Positions 44,894 through 54,159 of a stretch of DNA of 61,837 nt are shown piece after piece. A program made the position numbers and the translations under genes. The notes beneath the pieces are model-generated. The model worked only from the letters and a program-made list of their open reading frames with translations. It did not search any database and was not told the origin of the DNA. Positions within the stretch are counted from its first letter, which is position 1, and each line of letters begins with the position of its first letter. The DNA is from Pyrinomonadaceae bacterium (lineage in GTDB: Bacteria; Acidobacteriota; Blastocatellia; Pyrinomonadales; Pyrinomonadaceae). The stretch covers positions 1-61,837 of the forward strand of contig JAMQPH010000315.1 in assembly GCA_023717605.1 (NCBI GenBank). The letters run 5' to 3'.

Positions 44894-44978
44894 GGAGGGG
44901 TCGCATAATGGTAGTGCAGCGGTCTTGAAAACCGCCGGCCGAAAGGCTATGCAGGTTCGAGTCCTGTCCCCTCCGCCA
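44894..44978 (+). tRNA. tRNA-Ser (anticodon UGA), type II with long variable arm, CCA encoded
   Basis: Manual fold: acceptor GGAGGGG/CCCCTCC, D-stem GCAT/GTGC with a GG loop, anticodon stem GCGGT/ACCGC with loop CTTGAAA. Variable stem-loop GGCC-GAAA-GGCT, T-arm GCAGG-TTCGAGT-CCTGT, discriminator G and a CCA end. Confidence 0.9.
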
Positions 44979-45015
44979 TTTCCTTTCGACGACCTTCTTC
45001 AATAATCGGTTTCGG

Positions 45016-46140
45016 TCACGGACACGGTGTGTTAGCCGTCGCGTATTTTGTGGTAATCACTTCGGCCCCCGTAGTGGGACACCTCCAAGTCGCCACGTAG
45101 GAATGCTGCTGGCCGCCGGTGCCGCAGTTCAACACACCTTTGATGAGCTCCCATTTGCAATCACAATCGCCGACGCCTCTGGAAGCCCGGGCGGTCGAAC
45201 CGGGCAAGAAATCCGGATCGTCGGGATCTAAACCGGCCGGGAACGGAGCGACGGAGGCTCCGGGCGGGCTCGAAAAGATATTGATGTCGGGGAAAGGAGC
45301 ATCAGCGACCTCGTCAGTCTGATTAGGTCTGCCATCACAGTCGACATCCGAACCTGGATTGCAAGGCTCTCCGCTGCGCAGCGCGTTGCGGAAACTTTGG
45401 CAGCAGACCGTGCTGCCGATTTGCTGCTTCACCCGTTCAACGAGCGCGGCTGCGTACTCTTCGAGATACGGTTGATGATCGAAAGAATGACGATAGATCT
45501 CAGAACCGCAAATTGAAAGTACGACATGCCCCGGACTGGTCGTGATCACTGGCCTTTGCGCATCCGGGCAGTTAGTATCTTTGTCAAACCAGGGCGTAGC
45601 CGGCCGGCAAAGCGGTGTGAGCGAGAAAGGAGCCCATCCATCTTTAGCTGCATTTCGGCGGCAATTGGTCCGCCGTCCGCCTACCATTTCGAAGTCGTAG
45701 TGGGGACGCAGAACTTCGCCGGTAATGCTGAACGGGCCCACTGTCGCGCGGAATTTCGTCATGAAAAGTTCCTGAACTCCACACTCCGTTACCATAGCCG
45801 GAGTACGCGTGCATGCCCAAAACTGGTCGCTCTCGAGCTTGGCGGTCGCTGTATCACCGCTTCCCGTTATCTTCAGCGGCGCTGAGAATAAGATCGACCG
45901 CGTGCTGCGCTGCAAGCACGGCACGGACGGTGTAAACAAGGCCGTCACTTTCCCGGTCGAGTCCTGGCTGACAGTGATTACTTCGCCAGTGTCGAGCTTC
46001 CACTTACCGCTGATGATCGGCGCGGGCTGCGTCGGTCCGACGACCTGAGATCGTCCAGGCCTCGTTCCGTTACTTAATCCCGTGGTCAAGACGGTCACAA
46101 ACAGTAGTGTCCAACGTGACCAATTGATCTGACCAAACAT
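45016..46140 (-). CDS. Hypothetical secreted Cys-rich protein
   Basis: 374 aa with a signal-like N-terminus and about 20 Cys. One thrombospondin-type-3-like acidic motif (SDVDCDGRPNQTDE). Confidence 0.65.
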   Translation of the reverse strand: MFGQINWSRWTLLFVTVLTTGLSNGTRPGRSQVVGPTQPAPIISGKWKLDTGEVITVSQDSTGKVTALFTPSVPCLQRSTRSILFSAPLKITGSGDTATAKLESDQFWACTRTPAMVTECGVQELFMTKFRATVGPFSITGEVLRPHYDFEMVGGRRTNCRRNAAKDGWAPFSLTPLCRPATPWFDKDTNCPDAQRPVITTSPGHVVLSICGSEIYRHSFDHQPYLEEYAAALVERVKQQIGSTVCCQSFRNALRSGEPCNPGSDVDCDGRPNQTDEVADAPFPDINIFSSPPGASVAPFPAGLDPDDPDFLPGSTARASRGVGDCDCKWELIKGVLNCGTGGQQHSYVATWRCPTTGAEVITTKYATANTPCP

Positions 46141-46334
46141 GTCAACCTCCTACGATGAGTCGTCTACGAATCCGAGATTGCGGCGTTTCTATCACGCCTG
46201 ACTAGCGTGAACAAGGCGGATCACGCTCGCGTCCAAGCACGACCAAAAACTTAGCGCTAAGGTGGCGCGCTGATGAAAAAAACTCTACCCTTACCAAGTA
46301 CAACGAGAATGTCGTCGTACGAACGTCGGGAGGG

Positions 46335-49300
46335 GTGATGATAAGGGCCATGACCTTTGTCGCTACGTTGTTCAAATCGAAGCACACCGGGCTCAGGCTT
46401 TTCATCATCGCGTTGACGTTCGCGTTCGTTCATCCCATCGCCCAGGCACAGCCCGAGGCAGTCGCGCTGAACAGCCAGGCTTCAAAAAACGCAGCTCAAA
46501 ACCAGGGGGAAGTTCCCAGGCTGGAAGTCGACAAACCCATTGAGCGCGAGTTGGCTGGCGAAGAGAGCCACTCCTATCAAACTACGCTCGCTGAAGGCCA
46601 GTACTTGAACGTGGTAGTCGAGCAACGCGGGATTGATGTGGCCGTCGTGCTGTTTGCGCCCGACGGCAAACAACTCCTGGAAGTAGACAGCCCCAGTAGC
46701 GATCAAGGGCCAAAACCGCTGGTCTGGATTGCGGCGCAGATCGGTTTATATCGGCTGGAAGTCCGTTCCCGGAAAAAGGATGCGAAAGTTGGACGTTACG
46801 AAATAAAGCTCATTGAATTACGTGCGGCAACAGCAAATGACCGCGCTTATGTTGAAGCTTTGTTGGAAGCGGCGCACCTTGATGCTGAGGCGAATAAACT
46901 GACAAATGCCGGTCAATACAACAAAGCACTGCCGTTGTCTGAACGCGCGCTTGAGCTCCGTGAAAAGGTGCTCGGCGCGGAGCATCCCGCCGTCGCCACC
47001 TCTCTCAACAACCTCGGCGAACTCTACCTGGAAAAAGGCGACTACGCGAAAGCCGGGTCGCTGCTTCAGCGCGGCTTGGCGATCCGTGAGAAGGCGCTCG
47101 GCGCCGAGCATCCCGACACTGCCAACTCGCTCAGCAACCTCGGGGCCTTCCACTACTACAAAGGGGACTACGCGAAAGCTGAGGTGTTCTGGCAACAGGC
47201 GCTGGCGATCCGCGAGAAGGCGCTCAACGCGGAACATCCCGCCATCGCCACCTCGGTCAACAACCTCGCCTTTCTTTACGAAAGCACAGGGGATTACGCT
47301 AAAGCCGAGCCGCTCTATCAACGCGCGCTGGCGATCAATGAGAAGGCGCTTGGTGCGGAGCACCGGACCACCGCCACCGCCCTCATGAACCTCGCCAATA
47401 TCTACAAGATCAAAGCGGACTACACCAAAGCCGAGCCGCTGCTTCAACGCGCGCTGGCAATCTATGAGAAGGTACTCCGCGCCGAGCATCCGTCCATCGC
47501 CAACGCGCTAATCAGCCTCGCCAGTATCTATAAAAGCAAAGGCGACTACGCGAAAGCCGAAACGTTTCTTCAACGCGCGCTCGCGATCCGTGAAAAGGCG
47601 CTCGGCGCTGAGCATCCCGACACTGCCATCGCGCTCAACGACCTTGGCGTGCTCTACAACCGCAAAGGTGACTACGCGAAAGCCCGGCCGCTGCTTCAAC
47701 GCGAGCTGGCAATCTATGAGAAGGCGCTTGGCGCGGACCATCCCGACACTGCGATGGCACTCAACAGCCTCGCTTATAACTACGACAGCATAGGCGACTA
47801 CGCGAACGCCGAGCCGCTTTATCTACGGGCGTTAGCGATCCGTGAAAAGGCGCTCGGCCTTGAGCATCCCGTTACCGCCGAATCGCTCAACAACATCGCA
47901 ATGCTATACAACGCCAGGGGTGATGTGGCTCAAGCTATTGCGTTCCGGTCGCGCGCCAGCGCCATTGAGGAGCGGAATATCGCGCTTAACACGCGAACCG
48001 GTTCCGAGCGTCAGAAATCAGTCTATCTGGCAACTCTCACTGGCAACTCCGAGTTCACGGTCTCGCTGCACGCACGCTCTGCCCCGAACGATGCCGCGGC
48101 GCGCGATCTGGCACTGACCGTTATTCTGCAACGCAAGGGCCGCACGCTGGACGCCATGGCCGACAGCGTTGCTGCGTTGCGCCGCCGGGCGAGTGCGCAG
48201 GACCAGGCATTGCTTGATCAATTGCAGGGCGCGCAGTCACAACTTGCCAGACTCGTCCTCAACGGCCCACAAGAAACTACTCCATCAGAACACCGAACTA
48301 GAATCAATAACGCCGCAGAACAGGTCGAAAAGCTTGAAGCCGATGTCAGCCGTCGCAGTTCCGAATTCCGCGGGCAATCGCAACCGGTGACGATTGTCGC
48401 TGTGCAAGCGGCGATTCCGGCGAATGTGACCTTGGTCGAGTTTTTCTCGTATGAACCGTTCGACGCGAAAGACAGAAAGCGGAGCGCGCGCCGTTACATC
48501 GCTTACGAGTTGCGCCGGCAGGGCGACGCGCAGTGGGTGGATTTGGGTGAGGCGAAAAAGATTGACGAAGCCGTAGCGAAGCTTCGGCAGGCGTTGCGTG
48601 ATAGGACACGGCGGGACGTCAAGCCATTGGCGCGAACAGTTGACCGGCTGGTGATGCAACCCCTGCGTCCGCTGCTCGGCAAAACGCGGCGCGTACTGCT
48701 CTCGCCCGATGGCGCGCTCAACCTGGTGCCCTTCGCTGCGTTGGTGGATGAGAACAATCGGTATCTGGTTAAACGTTACGAGTTCAGCTACCTCACCAGC
48801 GGGCGTGATCTGCTGCGGTTGCAGGTTAGAAAAGAGAGCAAACAAGAGCAGGGGCAATCGGCAATGGTGGTTGCCGATCCTGACTTTGGTGAAGCAGCAA
48901 AAGACGGCAAGGCCCGGAAGCGCGGCTTGAACTTGACGTATCGTCCCGGCACAAAGGCGGCGACGGGGGAAGGGGCGCTGCTTGCTGGCTACTACTTCCC
49001 ACCGCTATCGGGTACGGCGGATGAAGCACAGGCGCTCAAGGCAATGATGAGGGATGCGACGGTCCTCGTGCAGGCACAGGCGACCGAAACCGCGCTCAAG
49101 CGAATGGACCACCCGCGCATTCTGCACATTGCCACGCACGGCTTCTTTCTCGAAAATCAACCTTCGTCAAGTGGTGAAGGCCGGGGTCTGAAATTGGAGC
49201 AAGTGATGGGTGACAGGGAGCCAGCAGTCGGGCGCAATGAAAACCCGTTGCTGCGATCGGGTTTGGCGTTGGCGGGCGCGAACCTGGGGAGGGGCAGTGA

Positions 49301-49691
49301 TGAGGACGACGGCATTTTGACGGCGCAAGAAGCTGCCGGGCTGAATCTGTGGGGCACGAAACTGGTCGTGCTGTCGGCTTGCGACACCGGTGTCGGCGAG
49401 GTGAAAACGGGCGAGGGCGTCTACGGGTTGCGACGCGCGCTGGTGTTGGCCGGTTCCGAAACGCAGGTAATGAGCTTGTGGCCAGTCTCGGATCGCGGCA
49501 CGCGCGACTTGATGATCGGGTATTACCAGGCGCTGCAACAGGGCGTGGGCCGTAGCGCGGCTTTGCGCGATATGCAACTACGGCTGCTCAAGCGCCCAGA
49601 CCGCGCGCATCCGTACTACTGGGCGAGTTTCATTCAATCGGGCGAGTGGGCGAGTCTGGAAGGCAAACGCAGAAAAACGAAAGAGCCATGA
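46335..49691 (+). CDS. Exported TPR-repeat CHAT-domain (caspase-like) protease
   Basis: Signal-like LRLFIIALTFAFVHPIAQA and an N-terminal beta-rich module. At least 8 units of 42-aa TPR (AEHP.TA.SLNNLG.LY...GDYAKAEPL.QRALAI.EKALG). The C-terminal CHAT domain retains the His (ILHIATHGFF) and Cys (LVVLSACDTG). Confidence 0.88.
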   Translation: MMIRAMTFVATLFKSKHTGLRLFIIALTFAFVHPIAQAQPEAVALNSQASKNAAQNQGEVPRLEVDKPIERELAGEESHSYQTTLAEGQYLNVVVEQRGIDVAVVLFAPDGKQLLEVDSPSSDQGPKPLVWIAAQIGLYRLEVRSRKKDAKVGRYEIKLIELRAATANDRAYVEALLEAAHLDAEANKLTNAGQYNKALPLSERALELREKVLGAEHPAVATSLNNLGELYLEKGDYAKAGSLLQRGLAIREKALGAEHPDTANSLSNLGAFHYYKGDYAKAEVFWQQALAIREKALNAEHPAIATSVNNLAFLYESTGDYAKAEPLYQRALAINEKALGAEHRTTATALMNLANIYKIKADYTKAEPLLQRALAIYEKVLRAEHPSIANALISLASIYKSKGDYAKAETFLQRALAIREKALGAEHPDTAIALNDLGVLYNRKGDYAKARPLLQRELAIYEKALGADHPDTAMALNSLAYNYDSIGDYANAEPLYLRALAIREKALGLEHPVTAESLNNIAMLYNARGDVAQAIAFRSRASAIEERNIALNTRTGSERQKSVYLATLTGNSEFTVSLHARSAPNDAAARDLALTVILQRKGRTLDAMADSVAALRRRASAQDQALLDQLQGAQSQLARLVLNGPQETTPSEHRTRINNAAEQVEKLEADVSRRSSEFRGQSQPVTIVAVQAAIPANVTLVEFFSYEPFDAKDRKRSARRYIAYELRRQGDAQWVDLGEAKKIDEAVAKLRQALRDRTRRDVKPLARTVDRLVMQPLRPLLGKTRRVLLSPDGALNLVPFAALVDENNRYLVKRYEFSYLTSGRDLLRLQVRKESKQEQGQSAMVVADPDFGEAAKDGKARKRGLNLTYRPGTKAATGEGALLAGYYFPPLSGTADEAQALKAMMRDATVLVQAQATETALKRMDHPRILHIATHGFFLENQPSSSGEGRGLKLEQVMGDREPAVGRNENPLLRSGLALAGANLGRGSDEDDGILTAQEAAGLNLWGTKLVVLSACDTGVGEVKTGEGVYGLRRALVLAGSETQVMSLWPVSDRGTRDLMIGYYQALQQGVGRSAALRDMQLRLLKRPDRAHPYYWASFIQSGEWASLEGKRRKTKEP
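46955..47880. repeat. Intragenic 126-nt periodic DNA repeat (TPR units)
   Basis: Motif GATCCGTGAGAAGGCGCTCGGCGC.GAGCATCCCGACACTGCC and variants recur at 47081, 47207, 47333, 47459, 47585, 47711 and 47837, with a more diverged copy near 46955. Confidence 0.85.
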
Positions 49692-49707
49692 GAATGAACT
49701 CTGCTAC

Positions 49708-52080
49708 ATGGCATTAGATTCAACAGGACGTGAGTTGACCACCAACGCAACCCTTTCGCACTACCGCATCGTCTCCAAAATCGGCGCGGGAGGAATGGGT
49801 GAAGTCTATCTGGCCGAGGACAACAAGCTCGACCGTAAAGTCGCGTTGAAAATTCTGCCACAGGAAGTCGCTGCCGATGCCGACCGAATGCGCCGTTTTG
49901 TTCTGGAAGCCAAGTCCGCTTCGGCGCTCAACCATCCGAACATCATCACGATTTACGAAATCGGAGAGGCTGACGGCAGGCATTTCATTGCTACCGAATA
50001 CATCGAAGGCGAAACTCTCCTAACGCGACTGAAAGAGCAGTCGCTCAGTCTCAAGTCCACACTTGAGATTGCTCTGCAAGTAGCCTCTGCGCTTGACGCA
50101 GCGCATCGGGCAGGCATCGTTCACCGCGACATCAAGCCCGACAACGTGATGGTCCGCCTTGACGGTATTGTAAAAGTCCTTGATTTTGGACTTGCGAAAC
50201 TGGCCGAAAAGCAGCGTGGAGTCGCGGAGACTGGACACGGAGAGGAAGCTCACACTCTAATCGCCCCTTCACCCCTTCGCCCCGTCCCCGTGTCACCAAA
50301 AACAAACCCCGGCATGGTGATGGGAACGGTTGCCTACATGTCGCCCGAACAGGCGCGCGGCACAGAGACGGATGCCCTAACGGATATTTGGAGTTTTGGT
50401 TGTGTGCTTTATGAAATGCTGACCGGCCAAAAGCCGTTTCAAGGCGAGACGATGACCGATGTGCTGGCGAACATCATTCATTGCGAGCCTGATTCGATTC
50501 TCGCACATCGCAAAGACACGCCCGCCGAACTTGAGCGCATCATCACCAAGACGCTGTGCAAAAATAAAGACGAGCGTTACCAGTCGGCGAAAGAATTGTT
50601 CAACGATTTGAAGCAGTTACAAACTCGACTGTTGGTTGAAGCCGAGCTCATCCGCAGCGGAGAAGGGGAGAGTCTAGCGCGAATTCAACCGTCTCCCTTT
50701 ATTAATTCGATAGCAGTGTTGCCGTTTGCGAATATCAGCGCTGAAAAGGATAACGAGTATTTCAGCGATGGGTTGACGGAAGAGATCATAATGAATCTTT
50801 CCAAACTGGAAATGCTCAAAGTGGTCGCACGCGGCTCAACTATTCGCTATGTGAAAGAAGGGAAAACGCATAAGCAAGCTGCTAACGATCTTGGCGTGCA
50901 GTTTCTGTTGGAGGGAAGTGTGAGGAGACAGGGCAGAGATCTCAGAATCACAGCCCAACTCATTGACGCGATGCGCGACGTGTATTTGTGGGCGGAAACC
51001 TATCGCGGCACGATTGAGGACATTTTTGAAATCCAGGAGAAAGTCGCGGCGGAAATTGTTCAGGCACTTCAACTCCGATTGTCACCGGACGAAAAGGAGA
51101 TTCTCAAGAAACGCTTCACGAAAAACACCGAGGCTTATCAACTCTATCTCCAGGGGCGTTTCTTCTGGAACAAAAGAAGTGAAGCAGGACTGAAGACTGC
51201 TATTAAGTATTTCGAAGAAGCAATTGAAAAAGATCCGCAGTATGCGCTCGCATGGGCTGGCATTGCCGATTCGTACAGTTTGTTAGGCGAATACGGAAAC
51301 ATTCCCCGCCGGGAGTTATACCCAAAGGCAGAGGCGGCAGTTAACAAAGCCCTGGAAATTGACAATCAGCTGGCGGAAGTCCACACGTCTCTCGCGAGTC
51401 TACTCATGTTGAGGAAGTGGGATTGGGTGAATTCCGAGAAGGAATTCAAGCTTGCGCTCGAATTGAATCCGAACTATGCAACGGCGTACCACTGGTATTC
51501 CCAATGGTTCCTGGGTATGGGCAAACTTGAGGAAGCTCTCCGAATGATTTCACGAGCGGCGGAGTTGGACCCCGTTTCACGGGCAATACTCAAGGACAAG
51601 GGATTAACCCTGTATTACAGTCGTCAGTACGATGGCACTATCGAGATGGCAAGAAAAACATTGGAGTTGGACCCGAATTACGCTGCGGCCCATCGTCTTC
51701 TCTCCCTTGCGTATCAGGGCAAGGAACTGTTCGATGAAGCTATTGCCGAAAACCGGAACTGGGGGACGCTGACCGGTAACAAAGTCGAAACTACGATTGC
51801 ACTTGCCCAGCTCTATGGGGTTTCAGGACAAATAGAAGACGCAAAGAGAATTGTTGAAGTCGTGGAGAAGGACAAACTCATGATTGATCAACTCTACCGT
51901 GGATTGGCATTGGTCTATGCGGCTCTCGGCGAGAATGATATTGCTTTCAAATGGCTGGAAGAAAGTTACCAGAGGCGCGAAGAGTCATTATTGAGCCTCA
52001 AAGTTGATCCAAAAGCGGACCGGCTTCGTTCCGACCCTCGATTCATTGCGCTGCTAAAGAAAATAGGAGTTGAGGAGTGA
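49708..52080 (+). CDS. Ser/Thr protein kinase with TolB-N-like and TPR C-terminal regions
   Basis: Hanks motifs GAGGMGEV, VALKIL, HRDIKPDN, DFGLAK and MSPEQ. A middle module (IAVLPFANIS..DNEYFSDGLTEEI) is followed by TPRs. It starts 16 nt after the CHAT gene stop. Confidence 0.9.
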   Translation: MALDSTGRELTTNATLSHYRIVSKIGAGGMGEVYLAEDNKLDRKVALKILPQEVAADADRMRRFVLEAKSASALNHPNIITIYEIGEADGRHFIATEYIEGETLLTRLKEQSLSLKSTLEIALQVASALDAAHRAGIVHRDIKPDNVMVRLDGIVKVLDFGLAKLAEKQRGVAETGHGEEAHTLIAPSPLRPVPVSPKTNPGMVMGTVAYMSPEQARGTETDALTDIWSFGCVLYEMLTGQKPFQGETMTDVLANIIHCEPDSILAHRKDTPAELERIITKTLCKNKDERYQSAKELFNDLKQLQTRLLVEAELIRSGEGESLARIQPSPFINSIAVLPFANISAEKDNEYFSDGLTEEIIMNLSKLEMLKVVARGSTIRYVKEGKTHKQAANDLGVQFLLEGSVRRQGRDLRITAQLIDAMRDVYLWAETYRGTIEDIFEIQEKVAAEIVQALQLRLSPDEKEILKKRFTKNTEAYQLYLQGRFFWNKRSEAGLKTAIKYFEEAIEKDPQYALAWAGIADSYSLLGEYGNIPRRELYPKAEAAVNKALEIDNQLAEVHTSLASLLMLRKWDWVNSEKEFKLALELNPNYATAYHWYSQWFLGMGKLEEALRMISRAAELDPVSRAILKDKGLTLYYSRQYDGTIEMARKTLELDPNYAAAHRLLSLAYQGKELFDEAIAENRNWGTLTGNKVETTIALAQLYGVSGQIEDAKRIVEVVEKDKLMIDQLYRGLALVYAALGENDIAFKWLEESYQRREESLLSLKVDPKADRLRSDPRFIALLKKIGVEE

Positions 52081-52185
52081 ATGGCACAGACAATATCGCA
52101 TTTCGGTTCATGCACAACAACGGCGGGCCTGGTGCAAACGCACGGCAATCTTTGGCCACCAAAGATTGTTTCGAGCAAAATCAAA

Positions 52186-54159
52186 CTAATAGTTTATCTT
52201 TTTCAGCTCCTTCACGAATTCCCGTGTCGCGTTGACCGCAGGGGGTCGGTTGAATGTGAGACCCGTTGCGTCAAAATTCTGCGTCTTTTTCGTGCGCCAG
52301 AGAATACGAGGGACTGGTTCGCCGTTTATTCCTATACGTGGGGAAACAACCAGCATCTCGCCGAGGTAGGTTTGATTAGAGGGGGTTGTATTACCCACCA
52401 CGTCAGCTCCCGTGGCTTGATCGGTTAACCCAAAAATAACAAAGAATTCAGCATCCTCTTTGCGGCCGACCACGATGAGTTTCGGCAGCGCTTGCAGTTC
52501 CCTAAGGATAATGTCCCGGCTATCAAGGTTGGTTGCCACCACGAAAACTTTCCGTAAAGGCAAGATCTCGCTCAGTGTGCCATATTGGGCACTGGCAAGA
52601 ATTTCAGGAACGGTCCGTTGCCGGAGGCTCGGGACAGTGTTTGCGGGACTTGTCGCAGTTAGTTGATTAATCCTGAGTCGGGCGACCAACACATACTGTC
52701 CGTTGGGATAGTTATTCAGATAGTCCTGAAAATCCTGTGGACGCTGGCTATTTCTGACACTGTTCCAATATTGCTCTTCCACAGCCGAAACGACAGGGGA
52801 GTACTGCGTTGTGTTTCCGCCGAGTTGGCTTATTCGCAGACGGGCGAGCGCTGCATATTTTCCATTTGGATAATTATTGAGATAGCTCTGGAAATCCTGC
52901 GCCCGCTGACTATTGTTAATGCTATCCCAGTATTGCTCTTCTGCCGTTGAATTGACCGGTGGATTCGTCGGCGCGTTTCCACCAAGTTGAGATATCTTGA
53001 GTCGTGCGATCGGCCCAAATTGTCCATTTGGATAATCCCTCAAATAGTTCTGGAAGTCCTCGACTCGCGAACTGCTTTTGACCACATCCCAATATTGCTG
53101 TTCGACGGTGGAGGTCGCGGAAGTCACAGGCGAAGTGCTGCCGGCGCTCGGAGTTGATCCTGAACTAACGGAACCGCCTAGCTGGTTTATTCGCAGGCGC
53201 GCGATCGGTGCGTATTGTCCGTACGGGTATTGATTGAGATAAGCCTGAAAGTCCCCGACGCGTGAGCTATTCTTAACCGCATCCCAATATTGATCTTCAA
53301 CTGATGTGCCCGAAGTGTTCGAGGCCACGTTTGCCGTCACATTTGGCGTTACACTTACGAAGCAATCGTTGGGCGTGACGTAAAAGTCTCCGATGTGAGC
53401 GTTGTACATGTCGTAGATAGAAAATGTAACGCCGATTTTTCTCTGGTTCGCAGGAGAGTTACAGTATTTCGTCAACATTTGGGGCTTTACAGACTGCTCC
53501 AGTTGTCCTATCGAAACGTTTTGCTTAGCCTGATTCGGAGTCCTAGCCGTAATCCCAAGAAAACTCGTGGCATTGTTGATCTGACAACCAGCCGAACAAT
53601 ACGACCTCGCGTCTGTAAGCTCCACGTTGGCAATCGTCTTCCCCCGATCCTTTCTTGTTGCCGCTGCAAAGTCATTCAGAAACTGCGCATCTTGTGAGAC
53701 AGGTTGTGATGGCGTCGTCTGCGCCACGTTTGGTGTGACATTTGCGGGACAATCGGCGGGCGTGACGAAAAAGGAGCCGATTAAGGCGTTGTACATGTCG
53801 TAGATAGTGACTGTACTGCCAATGTTTCTCTGTTTCGCCTCAGAGGTACAGTAGCCCTTTAACATCTGAGGCTTTACAGACAGCTCCAGTTGACCTATCG
53901 AAACGTTTTGCCTAACCAGATTCGGAGTCCTACCCGTAATCCCAAGAAAACTCGTGGCATTGTTGCCCTGACAGCCAGCCGAACAATACGAGATCGCGTC
54001 CGTAAACTCCACGTCGCCAATCGTCTCAGGCAGGCTGCTTCTAATGTCGGCGGCAACCTTATTTAGAACCTGCGCATCAGTCTGTGCTTTTGCCTCATTC
54101 GCCAAGGCGACGAGCAGTACCAGAACGACTGAAACTGATAACAAAAGGAACTTGTTCAT
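52186..54159 (-). CDS. Hypothetical secreted modular repeat protein
   Basis: Signal peptide, then two modules of about 117 aa (nt 53728-54078 and 53344-53694) and four modules of about 43 aa (nt 52666-53307). A unique C-terminal domain of about 150 aa follows. Confidence 0.75.
   Translation of the reverse strand: MNKFLLLSVSVVLVLLVALANEAKAQTDAQVLNKVAADIRSSLPETIGDVEFTDAISYCSAGCQGNNATSFLGITGRTPNLVRQNVSIGQLELSVKPQMLKGYCTSEAKQRNIGSTVTIYDMYNALIGSFFVTPADCPANVTPNVAQTTPSQPVSQDAQFLNDFAAATRKDRGKTIANVELTDARSYCSAGCQINNATSFLGITARTPNQAKQNVSIGQLEQSVKPQMLTKYCNSPANQRKIGVTFSIYDMYNAHIGDFYVTPNDCFVSVTPNVTANVASNTSGTSVEDQYWDAVKNSSRVGDFQAYLNQYPYGQYAPIARLRINQLGGSVSSGSTPSAGSTSPVTSATSTVEQQYWDVVKSSSRVEDFQNYLRDYPNGQFGPIARLKISQLGGNAPTNPPVNSTAEEQYWDSINNSQRAQDFQSYLNNYPNGKYAALARLRISQLGGNTTQYSPVVSAVEEQYWNSVRNSQRPQDFQDYLNNYPNGQYVLVARLRINQLTATSPANTVPSLRQRTVPEILASAQYGTLSEILPLRKVFVVATNLDSRDIILRELQALPKLIVVGRKEDAEFFVIFGLTDQATGADVVGNTTPSNQTYLGEMLVVSPRIGINGEPVPRILWRTKKTQNFDATGLTFNRPPAVNATREFVKELKKINY

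Noticed and set aside
46818-47489. A 223-aa ORF antisense to the TPR array of the CHAT gene.
   Set aside because: It is a repetitive antisense translation produced by the 126-nt periodic repeat, with an Arg/Leu-rich composition typical of antisense frames.
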